NCBI GenBank assembly: GCA_965249065.1
Contig: CBDFLG010000001.1
Location: 1,192,318-1,256,317, forward strand
Length of the DNA: 64,000 nt
Source of the DNA: Dehalococcoidia bacterium
GTDB taxonomy: Bacteria; Chloroflexota; Dehalococcoidia; Lucifugimonadales; UBA3495
Direction: 5' to 3'
Made by a program: the position numbers and the translations under genes. Under the pieces are notes generated by a model that had not been told where the DNA came from, did not search any database, and worked only from the letters and a program-made list of their open reading frames with translations. Of this stretch, positions 36,117-45,063 are shown in pieces. Position 1 is the stretch's first letter, and each line of letters begins with the position of its first letter.

Positions 36117-38558
36117 TCAAGAGGCATTCAATCCCGCCTCACGAATCAGCCGCCGGATGCGGTCGGGGCTTAGGGGCAGGTCGCGCACCTGGACGCCGAG
36201 GGGCGCGAGGGCTTGGGAGACGGCGTTGGCCAAGGCCGCGCCCGTGGCCACGATGCCGATTTCGCCGCCTCCCTTGACCCCCAAGGGGTTCAGCGGCGAG
36301 GGGGCCAGGTCCAGTACCGTCGTCTCGAAAGACGGGATGTCGGTGGCGGTGGGCAGCAGGTAGTCCATCAGGGTTCCCGCCAGCGGCTGGCCCTGTTCGT
36401 CGTAGACCAGTTCCTCCAACAGGGTAGCGCCCACGCCCTGGGCCGCCGCGCCGGTTATCTGCCCCTGGAGCAGCAGCGGGTTGATGACGTGGCCCACGTC
36501 TTCGGCGATTACGTAGCGCAGGATGTCTATTTCGCCGGTCTCCGGGTCCACCGTCACGTGCACCGCATGAGCGCCGCAGGGGTAGAGTTCTTGGGGCGAC
36601 TGGAAGTAGTGGCTGGCCTCCAGCCCGGCCTCGCCCAGGTTGTACCGGCTGGCCGGGGCCGCCAACCGCAGGACTTCGGGCAGCGTGAGGTTCAACTCGG
36701 AGGGTGTGGAGTCTTCTTGGCGGTGAATCAAGCCGCTGGTTAGGGCCAGTTCCGCGGGGTCAACGTCGAGGTAGGCGGCGGCTACGGCCAGAGCGCGCTG
36801 CCGGAGCTTCTGGGCTGCGCCGTAGACGGCATTGCCTGCCAGCGTCGTGCCGCGGCTGGCGTAGGTGCCGCCGCCGTAGGGCGTCAGGTCGGTGCTGCCG
36901 TGGTATACGGTGATGCTCTCCAGCGGCACGCCCAGCCCGTCAGCGCATATCTGGGCGAAAATGGTTTCGTGGCCTTGACCCATCGTGGAAATGCCTAGGT
37001 AGACTGCGACCTCTGCTTGGGTCGCCGCCTGCTGGTCAGGGTGAGGCCGCACCCCTCGCTCGCCCGGCAATGGCCCCTGATGGGGGCCGCCGGAGTTGGT
37101 GATGACGATTCTGGCGTTTTCGCCGGGGTCGCCGGTGCCGGTGCTTTTGACGAAGCAGGCCGATCCGACGCCGTGATACCTGCCGTCAACGCTGCGCCCG
37201 CTGAGCGACCGTATTGAATCGTAGTCAATGTCCGCCAATGCCTGCCGTAGCAGCGCCGGGTAGTCGCCGCTGTCGTAGATGATGGAGTAGGTTTCGGGAC
37301 GGGTGCGGCCAAGTTCGTAGGGCATCATCGAGGGCGGGATCAGGTTCTTGAAGCGGAACTCCGCCGGGTCTATGCCTAGGTCGGCGGCCACTATGTCGAA
37401 CATCCGCTCCCGGAAGAAGCAGGACTCGTAGCGGCCCGGTGCGCTGAACGTCCCCATCCCCACCTTGTTGGTGAGGACACATTTCACGTCCCACTGGTAG
37501 TTGGGGATGTAGTATGGGCCAGTCAGCAGGGCCGTGGTGGATGTAGGCACCGACGCGCCGTGCGTGCGAACGTAGCCCCCAAGCGCGCCGAGAACGGCGG
37601 CCCGCATACCCAGTATCGTGCCGTCGTTTCGGGCGGCAATTTCGAGTTCGCAGACGTGTTCGCGGGAGTGATTGGCGGAGATGAGATGCTCGGCCCGGTC
37701 TTCCGTCCACTTCACCGGGCGGCCCGTCTTGATGGCGGCGAAAGGCACCAAGAAGTTCTCCGGGTAGAACTCGCCCCGAACGCCAAACCCGCCGCCCACG
37801 TCCGGCTCAACGAAATGTATGCGATGCTCCGGCATTTGCAGCAGCGACGACAGCACGCCGCGGTTGTAGTGGGGGACCTTGGTCTCGCCCCATACGGTTA
37901 GCTGTTCCCGCCCCGGGTCATAGGACGCCGCCAGCCCCCGCGTTTCCATCGGGTTGGCGGTGTGGCGGTGGCAGCGAAACTCTTCCTTGCGCACATAATC
38001 GGCGTCGCGGAAGGCAGCATCGGGGTCGCCGATGGAGGAGGAAAACTCGAAAGCTACATTGGTGCCTTGCGCTTCGTGAATCAGCGTCTCGCCCTTCAGC
38101 GATTCCCGCACGTCCACCAAAGCGGGCAGCGGCTCGTAGACGACTTCAACGGCGTCCAGGGCGTCCTCGGCTAGGTAGCGGCTCTCGGCCAGCACCACCG
38201 CCACCGGGTCGCCCACGTAGCGAACTTTGCTGTGGGCCAGCGGGTATTGCAGGAACCGCATCAGGTCGCTGTAGGCCCGCAGCCGCACCGGGATGGGACG
38301 CGGCTCCACCGTGGCTGCGATGTCCTCGAAGGTCAGCACCGCAGCCACGCCCGGCATCTCCAACGCAGCAGCGGTGTCGATAGAGAGGATGCGGGCGTGG
38401 GCGTGGGGGCTGCGGACGATGGCGGCGTGGAGCGCGTGGGGCAGCTTCACATCATCCACAAACTGCCCCCGGCCGGTGAGAAACCGCCGGTCTTCCTTCC
38501 GCCGGATGGGTGCGCCGATATAAGTCTGAGTCATAACTGGCCTCTTTTTCACCGCCAA
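36117..38558 (-). CDS. Xanthine dehydrogenase family molybdopterin-binding large subunit (CoxL-like, not form I CODH)
   Basis: RKED.RFLTG, RSPHAHA, GGGFG, GQGHET, ASRG, KGGGE; start may be 38534. Confidence 0.92.
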   Translation of the reverse strand: MAVKKRPVMTQTYIGAPIRRKEDRRFLTGRGQFVDDVKLPHALHAAIVRSPHAHARILSIDTAAALEMPGVAAVLTFEDIAATVEPRPIPVRLRAYSDLMRFLQYPLAHSKVRYVGDPVAVVLAESRYLAEDALDAVEVVYEPLPALVDVRESLKGETLIHEAQGTNVAFEFSSSIGDPDAAFRDADYVRKEEFRCHRHTANPMETRGLAASYDPGREQLTVWGETKVPHYNRGVLSSLLQMPEHRIHFVEPDVGGGFGVRGEFYPENFLVPFAAIKTGRPVKWTEDRAEHLISANHSREHVCELEIAARNDGTILGMRAAVLGALGGYVRTHGASVPTSTTALLTGPYYIPNYQWDVKCVLTNKVGMGTFSAPGRYESCFFRERMFDIVAADLGIDPAEFRFKNLIPPSMMPYELGRTRPETYSIIYDSGDYPALLRQALADIDYDSIRSLSGRSVDGRYHGVGSACFVKSTGTGDPGENARIVITNSGGPHQGPLPGERGVRPHPDQQAATQAEVAVYLGISTMGQGHETIFAQICADGLGVPLESITVYHGSTDLTPYGGGTYASRGTTLAGNAVYGAAQKLRQRALAVAAAYLDVDPAELALTSGLIHRQEDSTPSELNLTLPEVLRLAAPASRYNLGEAGLEASHYFQSPQELYPCGAHAVHVTVDPETGEIDILRYVIAEDVGHVINPLLLQGQITGAAAQGVGATLLEELVYDEQGQPLAGTLMDYLLPTATDIPSFETTVLDLAPSPLNPLGVKGGGEIGIVATGAALANAVSQALAPLGVQVRDLPLSPDRIRRLIREAGLNAS

Positions 38559-38663
38559 GGGCGTGGATACCGCAGAGATTTCTTGCTGTATCGGCGATGC
38601 TCTGTGTTTCTGCGGTGGACTAGTCCTTGCTGCTTGGCTATTTGGCGATTTACCCTATGATAT

Positions 38664-38924
38664 ATGATGAGACGGAGGCACCGCAGGACGCTGGAAGCGA
38701 TATTTCGGCGCCCAACTCAATCGGGTATCCGCTGGGACGACATTGAGTCACTGTTTCTTGCTAGTGGGGCCTACATTGAGGAGCGGGCTGGCTCAAGGCT
38801 GGCGGTCGAACTCAATGATATTAGGGCAATCTTTCACCGTCCCCATCCTCGACAAGATACTGATAAAGGCGCCGTTGAGTCGGTGCGGAGATTCCTGACC
38901 AGAGCAGGAATTACTGAGGAATAG
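38664..38924 (+). CDS. hicA: HicA family toxin
   Basis: IRWDDIESL, GSR, FHRPHP. Confidence 0.85.
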   Translation: MMRRRHRRTLEAIFRRPTQSGIRWDDIESLFLASGAYIEERAGSRLAVELNDIRAIFHRPHPRQDTDKGAVESVRRFLTRAGITEE

Positions 38925-38926
38925 TT

Positions 38927-39172
38927 ATGATCGAGTATAAGGGCTACCAAGGGGAAGTTTCCTTCGACGACGAGGCTGGCATCTTCCACGGCGAAGTTGT
39001 GGGAACGTCCGATGTCATCACCTTCCAGGGCCAGTCGGTCACAGAACTGCGGACTGCTTTCAGGGACTCGGTTGATGAATATCTGAAGTTCTGCGCCGAA
39101 CGCGGGCGGTTGCCTGATCCTCCGTCCGATGCAAAGGCTCAGGAACGCAGCGGAGCAACGGGCCCTCTGTAA
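38927..39172 (+). CDS. hicB: HicB family antitoxin, short form without C-terminal DNA-binding domain
   Basis: YKGY, FHGEV, DVITFQG, F.DSVDEYL..C; 2 bp after hicA. Confidence 0.82.
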   Translation: MIEYKGYQGEVSFDDEAGIFHGEVVGTSDVITFQGQSVTELRTAFRDSVDEYLKFCAERGRLPDPPSDAKAQERSGATGPL

Positions 39173-39174
39173 CT

Positions 39175-41538
39175 TTAATTTTTCCCAAGGTTCTCCGCGT
39201 TTTGAATCAACTGCCACACCCGTTGCGGGCCGATGGGTGGCTCGGTGACCTCGACGCCCAGCGGCAGCAGTGCATCGGCCACGGCGTTGCCCACGGCGGT
39301 GAAGGCCCCGACGGTGCCGGCCTCGCCCACCCCCTTGACGCCTCCCTCGGTGAAGGGGGACGGAGTTTCGGTGTGCAGGGTCTGGATAGCGGGAACGTCA
39401 GGGGCAATCGGGACCAAGTAGTCCATGAGGGTGCCGGTGAGCAGTTGGCCGGATTCGCTGTAGACCAATTCTTCGTGCAGCGCGTTGCCGATGCCCAAGG
39501 CTATGCCGCCCACCACCTGCCCGTCGACGATTACATGGTCGATGATAGTGCCACAGTCTTCGACGCAGAAATACTGCTCTACCTTCACCGTCCCCGTTTC
39601 CGGGTCGATCCGCGTCACTGCCAGGTGAGCGCCGTGGCCGAAGGTCTGGTGCGGCGGATCGAAGGTGCGAGTGGATTGCAGGCCCCGCTCAATGTTTTCG
39701 GGCAAGGAAACAATGCGCGAAGCGTCGTGGGCCGCCGCGGCCACGGCGGCGAATGAGACGCGGCGGGATGGGTCGTCCGTAGCATAGATTTGTCCGTCGG
39801 CGATTGCCAACTCTTCTCCCTCGCCTTCCAGGAAGAAGCGGGCGATCTCGGTGGCCTTGCGCCGGATGTCCTGCACCGCCAGACGGATGGCCCCGCCGGT
39901 GCTGACCGCGCTGCGGCTGACCCCGGTTCCGGCGCCGAAGGGAGTGGCGTCGGTATCTCCCTCCAGAATTTTGACCGTTTCGTAGGGCACGCCCAGCTCG
40001 CGGGCGACCAGGCTGGCGAAAACGCTGTCGTGGCTCTGGCCAGTGGACTTGGCGCTGACCGCCACCAGCACGTTGCCGCCGGCATCCACTCGAATGGCGG
40101 CCGAGTCGTAGGCGGGCAACCCGAAAACGCCCCGCCTCCGGTAGTCCTGTGAGCCGGTGCTGGAATGCTCCACGAAGCAGCAGATGCCGATGCCGGCCAG
40201 TTCGCCCCGCTCCCGTGCTTCGGCCTGTGCCGCCCGCAATTTTGCATACCCGGAAGATTCCAGCAGCTTTACCAGCGTGTCCGGGTAGTCTCCGCTGTCA
40301 TAGAGCCGGCCCGCCGATGTGTTGAAAGGCTGGTCCTGCGGCTGGATAAAGTTCTTCATACGGACATCCGCCGGGTCCAGCCCCAACTCGGCGGCTACCA
40401 TGTCCATAACCCGTTCAATTACGAACACGCCCTGCACCGTGCCAACACCCCGGTAGGCGGCCCCAGGGCACTTGTTGGTGAGGATGCCATAGGCGTCGCA
40501 GCGGAAGTTGTCTATCCGGTATTGGCCGATGATGGACTGCCCCGCCGTCATCGGCTCCAGTCCCGCCGACGTGGGCCCGAGGGTGTGCGCACCCTGGTCC
40601 ACCAGGACCCGCGAGCGTACGCCAAGAACCCTGCCGTCGCTGTCCGCAGCCACCGACACGTCAATCACCATTTCGTGAGCGTGGCCGCAGGCCAGCAGGT
40701 TCTCCATGCGGTCCTCGACCCACTTGACCGGCCGGTCAATCTTGCGCGACAGAAAGGCCAGGATGATGCTCTCCGGGTAGGCTGCCCCCTTGATTCCGAA
40801 CTCGCCGCCCACATCCGGCGAGATGACCCGCACCGCGTGTTGCGGCAAGCCCATGACGTTGGAGATGGTGGTGCGCACCAAGTGGGGCGAGCGGCATGAG
40901 GCCCAAACTGTCAGCCGGTCCTGCCCTTGGTCGTAGTTGGCGATGACGCCCCGGGCTTCCACGGGAATGGCGGTCTGCCGGGGGAAGCGGAAGGTCTTCT
41001 CCAGCAACAAATCGGCGTGAGCGAAGGCTGTGTCCGTGTCGCCGCCGCCAAACTCGCGATGAAAAACGATATTGTCGTCCATCCCGGCGTGGATAACCGG
41101 CGCATCCGGCGCCAGGGCCTGCTCCACGCCCCCGACGACCGGCAGCAGTTCGTACTCCACTATAACCGCCTCGGCCATGTCCTGAGCGGCGTGGGGAGAG
41201 ACAGCGGCCACTGCGACGATGGGGTCGCCAACGAAGGTCACTTTGCCCGGTGGCATCGGAAACCGGTCGTAGGGGCGGGCGAAATCGCTGGATCCGGGGG
41301 CTGCCGGGCGAATCGGATTCACGTATGGCAGCACTTCATCGGGGGTAATGACACCGATGGCGCCGGGAACTTTCAACGCCTCTTCGACGTTGATTGACTT
41401 GATGTTGGCGTGAGCAACCTCGCTGCGCACGAAGGCGGCGTAGCACATTCCCGGCAGCTTGATGTCGTCCAGGAACTGTCCGCGCCCCCGAACCATGCGG
41501 GCCAACTCATGGCGGGTTACATCTTCGTGAATAACCAT
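39175..41538 (-). CDS. Xanthine dehydrogenase family molybdopterin-binding large subunit, second paralogue
   Basis: FVRS.VAHA, GGEFG, AYRGVG, GQSH, KGVGEAG. Confidence 0.92.
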   Translation of the reverse strand: MVIHEDVTRHELARMVRGRGQFLDDIKLPGMCYAAFVRSEVAHANIKSINVEEALKVPGAIGVITPDEVLPYVNPIRPAAPGSSDFARPYDRFPMPPGKVTFVGDPIVAVAAVSPHAAQDMAEAVIVEYELLPVVGGVEQALAPDAPVIHAGMDDNIVFHREFGGGDTDTAFAHADLLLEKTFRFPRQTAIPVEARGVIANYDQGQDRLTVWASCRSPHLVRTTISNVMGLPQHAVRVISPDVGGEFGIKGAAYPESIILAFLSRKIDRPVKWVEDRMENLLACGHAHEMVIDVSVAADSDGRVLGVRSRVLVDQGAHTLGPTSAGLEPMTAGQSIIGQYRIDNFRCDAYGILTNKCPGAAYRGVGTVQGVFVIERVMDMVAAELGLDPADVRMKNFIQPQDQPFNTSAGRLYDSGDYPDTLVKLLESSGYAKLRAAQAEARERGELAGIGICCFVEHSSTGSQDYRRRGVFGLPAYDSAAIRVDAGGNVLVAVSAKSTGQSHDSVFASLVARELGVPYETVKILEGDTDATPFGAGTGVSRSAVSTGGAIRLAVQDIRRKATEIARFFLEGEGEELAIADGQIYATDDPSRRVSFAAVAAAAHDASRIVSLPENIERGLQSTRTFDPPHQTFGHGAHLAVTRIDPETGTVKVEQYFCVEDCGTIIDHVIVDGQVVGGIALGIGNALHEELVYSESGQLLTGTLMDYLVPIAPDVPAIQTLHTETPSPFTEGGVKGVGEAGTVGAFTAVGNAVADALLPLGVEVTEPPIGPQRVWQLIQNAENLGKN

Positions 41539-41592
41539 CGCGCGCTCCTTTCAGGTTTTGCCTGGAACTTCGGATATTCGGAAGGTATCAGG

Positions 41593-42153
41593 CTATCGTT
41601 GGCGTCGAAAAAAACGCCATACAGGACAAGAGAATCCGGGCAGCACATCTCCACCGTCGAACACATCATCCTCGATCAAAGTCACAGGTTCAGCGTTGGG
41701 CTGGTAGACGGTAAAAGTAGAGTACTGCGGGTCGGCTACTACTGCCAGCCGCGAGCCGTAGCTGAGCCACATATACGCTTTGGCCGCCATTTCAGGGTTG
41801 GAATTGCTGGGAGACTTGACCTCTACTACCAAGTCGGGGGCCATTTCCGGGTAGCCCTGAGTGCCTTCTGGGATGCGGCCCGGAGCAAACCAGGCGACAT
41901 CTGGGGCGCGTACGGTGTCGGGGTCTCGTTCCAGCCGGTAGCCGGGTTCGCCGGTGCGGCCAATTCCATAGTCGTTGGTCTCGGCATAGGTGCCTATTAA
42001 CGTTGATATTCTAAACACGACGATGGCATGAGGGTCTCCTGGCGCCATTTTCGGTACTAACACTCCCCGGATAAGTTCATACCGCTGGCCTTCCCCTTTG
42101 GGAAGCCGCAGCAATTCATCGGCGGTCATCAACTTTTGTTTCGTGGGCGTCAT
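41593..42153 (-). CDS. Uma2 family PD-(D/E)xK endonuclease-like protein, array copy 5
   Basis: RYELIRG, H, RAPDVA, PDLVVEVKSPS. Confidence 0.9.
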   Translation of the reverse strand: MTPTKQKLMTADELLRLPKGEGQRYELIRGVLVPKMAPGDPHAIVVFRISTLIGTYAETNDYGIGRTGEPGYRLERDPDTVRAPDVAWFAPGRIPEGTQGYPEMAPDLVVEVKSPSNSNPEMAAKAYMWLSYGSRLAVVADPQYSTFTVYQPNAEPVTLIEDDVFDGGDVLPGFSCPVWRFFRRQR

Positions 42154-42169
42154 ATTACACAGTCCAAAG

Positions 42170-42730
42170 TCAGCGCTGTCGGCGAAAGAGCCGCCAGACT
42201 GGGGTGGAGAAACCGGGCAGCAGGTCGCCGCCCTCTAATACATCATCCTCGGTGAGGGTGACCGGCTCAACGTTGGGCCGGTGGACAATGACGGTGGTGT
42301 TCTCGGGGTTGAGCACCCACGATTGCTGCGATCCGTAGCAAAGCCACATTGCCGCTTTGGCCGCCATCTCTGCGTTGGAGTTGCTGGGCGACTTGACCTC
42401 CACGGCCAAGTCGGGGGCCAGTTCCGGGTAACCCTGAGTGCCTTCAGGTATGCGGCCCGGCGCAATCCAGGCCACGTCGGGGGCGCGCACCGTGTCGGGG
42501 CCACGCTCCAGCCGGTAGCCGGGTTCGCCGCTTCGGACAACCCCATGATCGTTGTCCTCGGCGTAGTTGCCAACCAGAATAGTAGTCCGGGCTACGGCGT
42601 GACCGTGCGGGTCTCCGGTCGGCATTTTCTCTACCAGCACTCCCCGGATAAGCTCATAGCGTTTGCCCTCCCCTCTGGGGAGCCGCAGCAACTCATCGGC
42701 GGTCATCAGCTTTTGTTTTGTGGTCGTCAT
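42170..42730 (-). CDS. Uma2 family protein, array copy 4
   Basis: Same motifs; ATG at 42730 by comparison with other copies. Confidence 0.9.
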   Translation of the reverse strand: MTTTKQKLMTADELLRLPRGEGKRYELIRGVLVEKMPTGDPHGHAVARTTILVGNYAEDNDHGVVRSGEPGYRLERGPDTVRAPDVAWIAPGRIPEGTQGYPELAPDLAVEVKSPSNSNAEMAAKAAMWLCYGSQQSWVLNPENTTVIVHRPNVEPVTLTEDDVLEGGDLLPGFSTPVWRLFRRQR

Positions 42731-42746
42731 ATTACACAGTCCAAAG

Positions 42747-43307
42747 TCAGCGCTGTCGGCGAAAGAGCCGCCAGACCGGGGTTGAGAAACCGGGCAGCAG
42801 GTCGCCGCCCTCCGATATATCATCCTCGGTGAGGGTGACCGGTTCAACGTTGGGCCGGTGGACAATGACGGTGGTGTTCTCGGGGTTGAGCACCCACGAT
42901 TGCTGCGATCCGTAGCAAAGCCACATTGCCGCTTTGGCCGCCATCTCGGCGTTGGAGTTGCTGGGCGACTTAACTTCCACGGCCAAGTCGGGGGCCAGTT
43001 CCGGGTAACCTTGAGTGCCTTCGGGAATGCGGCCCGGCGCAATCCAGGCCACGTCGGGGGCGCGAACGGTGTCGGGGCCACGCTCCAGCCGGTAGCCGGG
43101 TTCGCCGCTTCGGACAACTCCATAGTCGTTGTCCTCAGAGTAAGTAAATATCAAACTAGAAGTTCGGGCTACCGAGTCACCGTGCGGGTCTCCGGTCGGC
43201 ATTTTCTCTACCAGCACTCCACGGATAAGCTCATAGCGTTTGCCTTCCCCTCTGGGAAGCCGCAGCAATTCATCGGCGGTCATCAACTTTTGTTTCGTGG
43301 CCGTCAT
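42747..43307 (-). CDS. Uma2 family protein, array copy 3
   Basis: Same motifs; ATG at 43307. Confidence 0.9.
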   Translation of the reverse strand: MTATKQKLMTADELLRLPRGEGKRYELIRGVLVEKMPTGDPHGDSVARTSSLIFTYSEDNDYGVVRSGEPGYRLERGPDTVRAPDVAWIAPGRIPEGTQGYPELAPDLAVEVKSPSNSNAEMAAKAAMWLCYGSQQSWVLNPENTTVIVHRPNVEPVTLTEDDISEGGDLLPGFSTPVWRLFRRQR

Positions 43308-43323
43308 ATTACACAGTCCAAAG

Positions 43324-43884
43324 TCAGCGCTGTCGGCGAAAGAGCCGCCAGACCGGGGTGGAGAAACCGGGCAGCAGGTCGCCGCCATCCAGCACGTCGC
43401 CCTCGGTGAGAGTGACCGGCTCAACGTTGGGCCGGTGGACAATGACGGTGGTGTTCTCGGGGTTGAGCACCCACGATTGCTGCGATCCGTAGCAAAGCCA
43501 CATTACCGCTTTGGCCGCCATCTCAGCGTTGGAGTTGCTGGGCGACTTGACCTCCACGGCCAAGTCGGGGGCCAGTTCCGGGTAGCCCTGCGTGCCGACA
43601 GGTATGCGGCCAGGGGCGATCCAAGCCACGTCGGGGGCGCGAACAGTGTCGGGGCCACGCTCCAGCCGGTAGCCGGGTTCGCCTACGCGAGTCACTCCGT
43701 AACCGCTGTCGAAAGTATATTGGGTCAGGAAGTAGGAAGTAAGGGCCGCTGTGTCACCGTGCGGGTCTCCGGTCGGCATTTTCTCTACCAGCGCTCCACG
43801 GATAAGCTCATAGCGTTTGCCTTCCCCTCTGGGAAGCTGCAGCAACTCATCCGCGGTCATCAACTTTTGTTTCGTGGCCGTCAT
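43324..43884 (-). CDS. Uma2 family protein, array copy 2
   Basis: Same motifs; ATG at 43884. Confidence 0.9.
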   Translation of the reverse strand: MTATKQKLMTADELLQLPRGEGKRYELIRGALVEKMPTGDPHGDTAALTSYFLTQYTFDSGYGVTRVGEPGYRLERGPDTVRAPDVAWIAPGRIPVGTQGYPELAPDLAVEVKSPSNSNAEMAAKAVMWLCYGSQQSWVLNPENTTVIVHRPNVEPVTLTEGDVLDGGDLLPGFSTPVWRLFRRQR

Positions 43885-43900
43885 ATTACACAGTCCAAAG

Positions 43901-44455
43901 TCAGCGCTGTCGGCGAAAGAGCCGCCAGACCGGGGTTGAGAAACCGGGCAGCAGGTCGCCGCCCTCCAGCACGTCGTCTTCTGTGAGAGTGACCGGCTCA
44001 ACGTTGGGCCGGTGGACAATGACGGTGGTGTTCTCGGGGTTGAGCACCCACGATTGCTGCGATCCGTAGCAAAGCCACATTGCCGCTTTGGCCGCCATCT
44101 CGGCGTTGGAGTTACTGGGCGACTTAACTTCCACGGCCAAGTCGGGGGCCAGTTCCGGGTAACCCTGCGTGCCTTCGAGGACGCGGCCCGGCGTAATCCA
44201 CGCCACGTCAGGCGCGCGTACGGTGTCAGGGCTTCTTTCCAGCCGGAAGCCGGTATCTCCGGTGGCGATTTCGCCGTAGTCATTGGATATGGAATAGTGG
44301 GACAGAGCGTAGGAAGTCAGCGCCACTACAACACCGTGAGGGTATCCGGGAGCCATTTTTTTAAGCAACACCCCTCTGAGAAGCTCGTGCCGGTTGCCGT
44401 CTTCAGGCAGCCGCAGCAATTCATCGGCGGTCATCAACTTTTGTTTTGTGGTCAT
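43901..44455 (-). CDS. Uma2 family protein, array copy 1
   Basis: Same motifs; 184 aa, more divergent N-terminal third. Confidence 0.9.
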   Translation of the reverse strand: MTTKQKLMTADELLRLPEDGNRHELLRGVLLKKMAPGYPHGVVVALTSYALSHYSISNDYGEIATGDTGFRLERSPDTVRAPDVAWITPGRVLEGTQGYPELAPDLAVEVKSPSNSNAEMAAKAAMWLCYGSQQSWVLNPENTTVIVHRPNVEPVTLTEDDVLEGGDLLPGFSTPVWRLFRRQR

Positions 44456-44526
44456 TTCACACCGCTTCGGCCTTTTTCGTGGTGGAGCCTAGGCAAAATC
44501 GTAGCGCTGTGGAAAGGTTGAAGCTG

Positions 44527-44994
44527 CTAGACCGTTCCGGTCTTGACGATGGCCTGGATTATCGGCGCGTAGCCGGTGCAGCGGCAGATGTTGCCGCCGA
44601 TGCCGGTGCGCACTTCGCTTTCCGTTGGGTTAGGGTTGTCCCGCAGGAGGGCGTAGGCGGTCATCAGGAATCCGGGGGTGCAGAAACCGCATTGGAGAGC
44701 GTGATTGTCTTGGAATGCCGCTTGCAGCGGATGCAGTTCGTCGCCGTTGGCCAGACCCTCGACGGTCATCAGAGACGCCCCGTCGGCCTGCACCGCCAGC
44801 AGCAGGCAGGAGCGGACAGCCTCGCCGTCCACCAAGATGGTGCAAGCGCCGCAAACGCCGTGCTCGCAGCCCAAGTGCGTGCCCGTAAGGTCGAGTTCCT
44901 GCCGCAGAAAGTCGGCCAGAGTGAGCCGTGGCTCCACTCGCCCTGTATACTCCCTGCCGTTCACCGTCATTTTGATGTCTATCAGCGGTGTCAT
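44527..44994 (-). CDS. 2Fe-2S small subunit (CoxS/CutS-like)
   Basis: GCEHGVCGAC, QCGFC, CRCTGY. Confidence 0.93.
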   Translation of the reverse strand: MTPLIDIKMTVNGREYTGRVEPRLTLADFLRQELDLTGTHLGCEHGVCGACTILVDGEAVRSCLLLAVQADGASLMTVEGLANGDELHPLQAAFQDNHALQCGFCTPGFLMTAYALLRDNPNPTESEVRTGIGGNICRCTGYAPIIQAIVKTGTV

Positions 44995-45063
44995 GGTGCG
45001 TCCTCCCTCCGAGCGTTACTTGCGGGGCGTTACTTGACCGGCAGGGGCGTCTCCCCACGCGCT

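Noticed and set aside
36117..41538. Aerobic CO dehydrogenase
   Set aside because: Neither large subunit has the form I AYRCSFR loop, and no cox accessory genes are present.
42170..44283. Long N-terminal extensions of Uma2 ORFs in the ORF track (317, 231, 319 aa)
   Set aside because: They are alternate-frame read-through of the upstream copy; true starts follow the 16-bp linker.
41593..44455. Uma2 array as a diversity-generating retroelement or CRISPR array
   Set aside because: No reverse transcriptase, no non-coding template repeat, substitutions are not adenine-specific, and the units are whole 577-bp genes with no cas genes.
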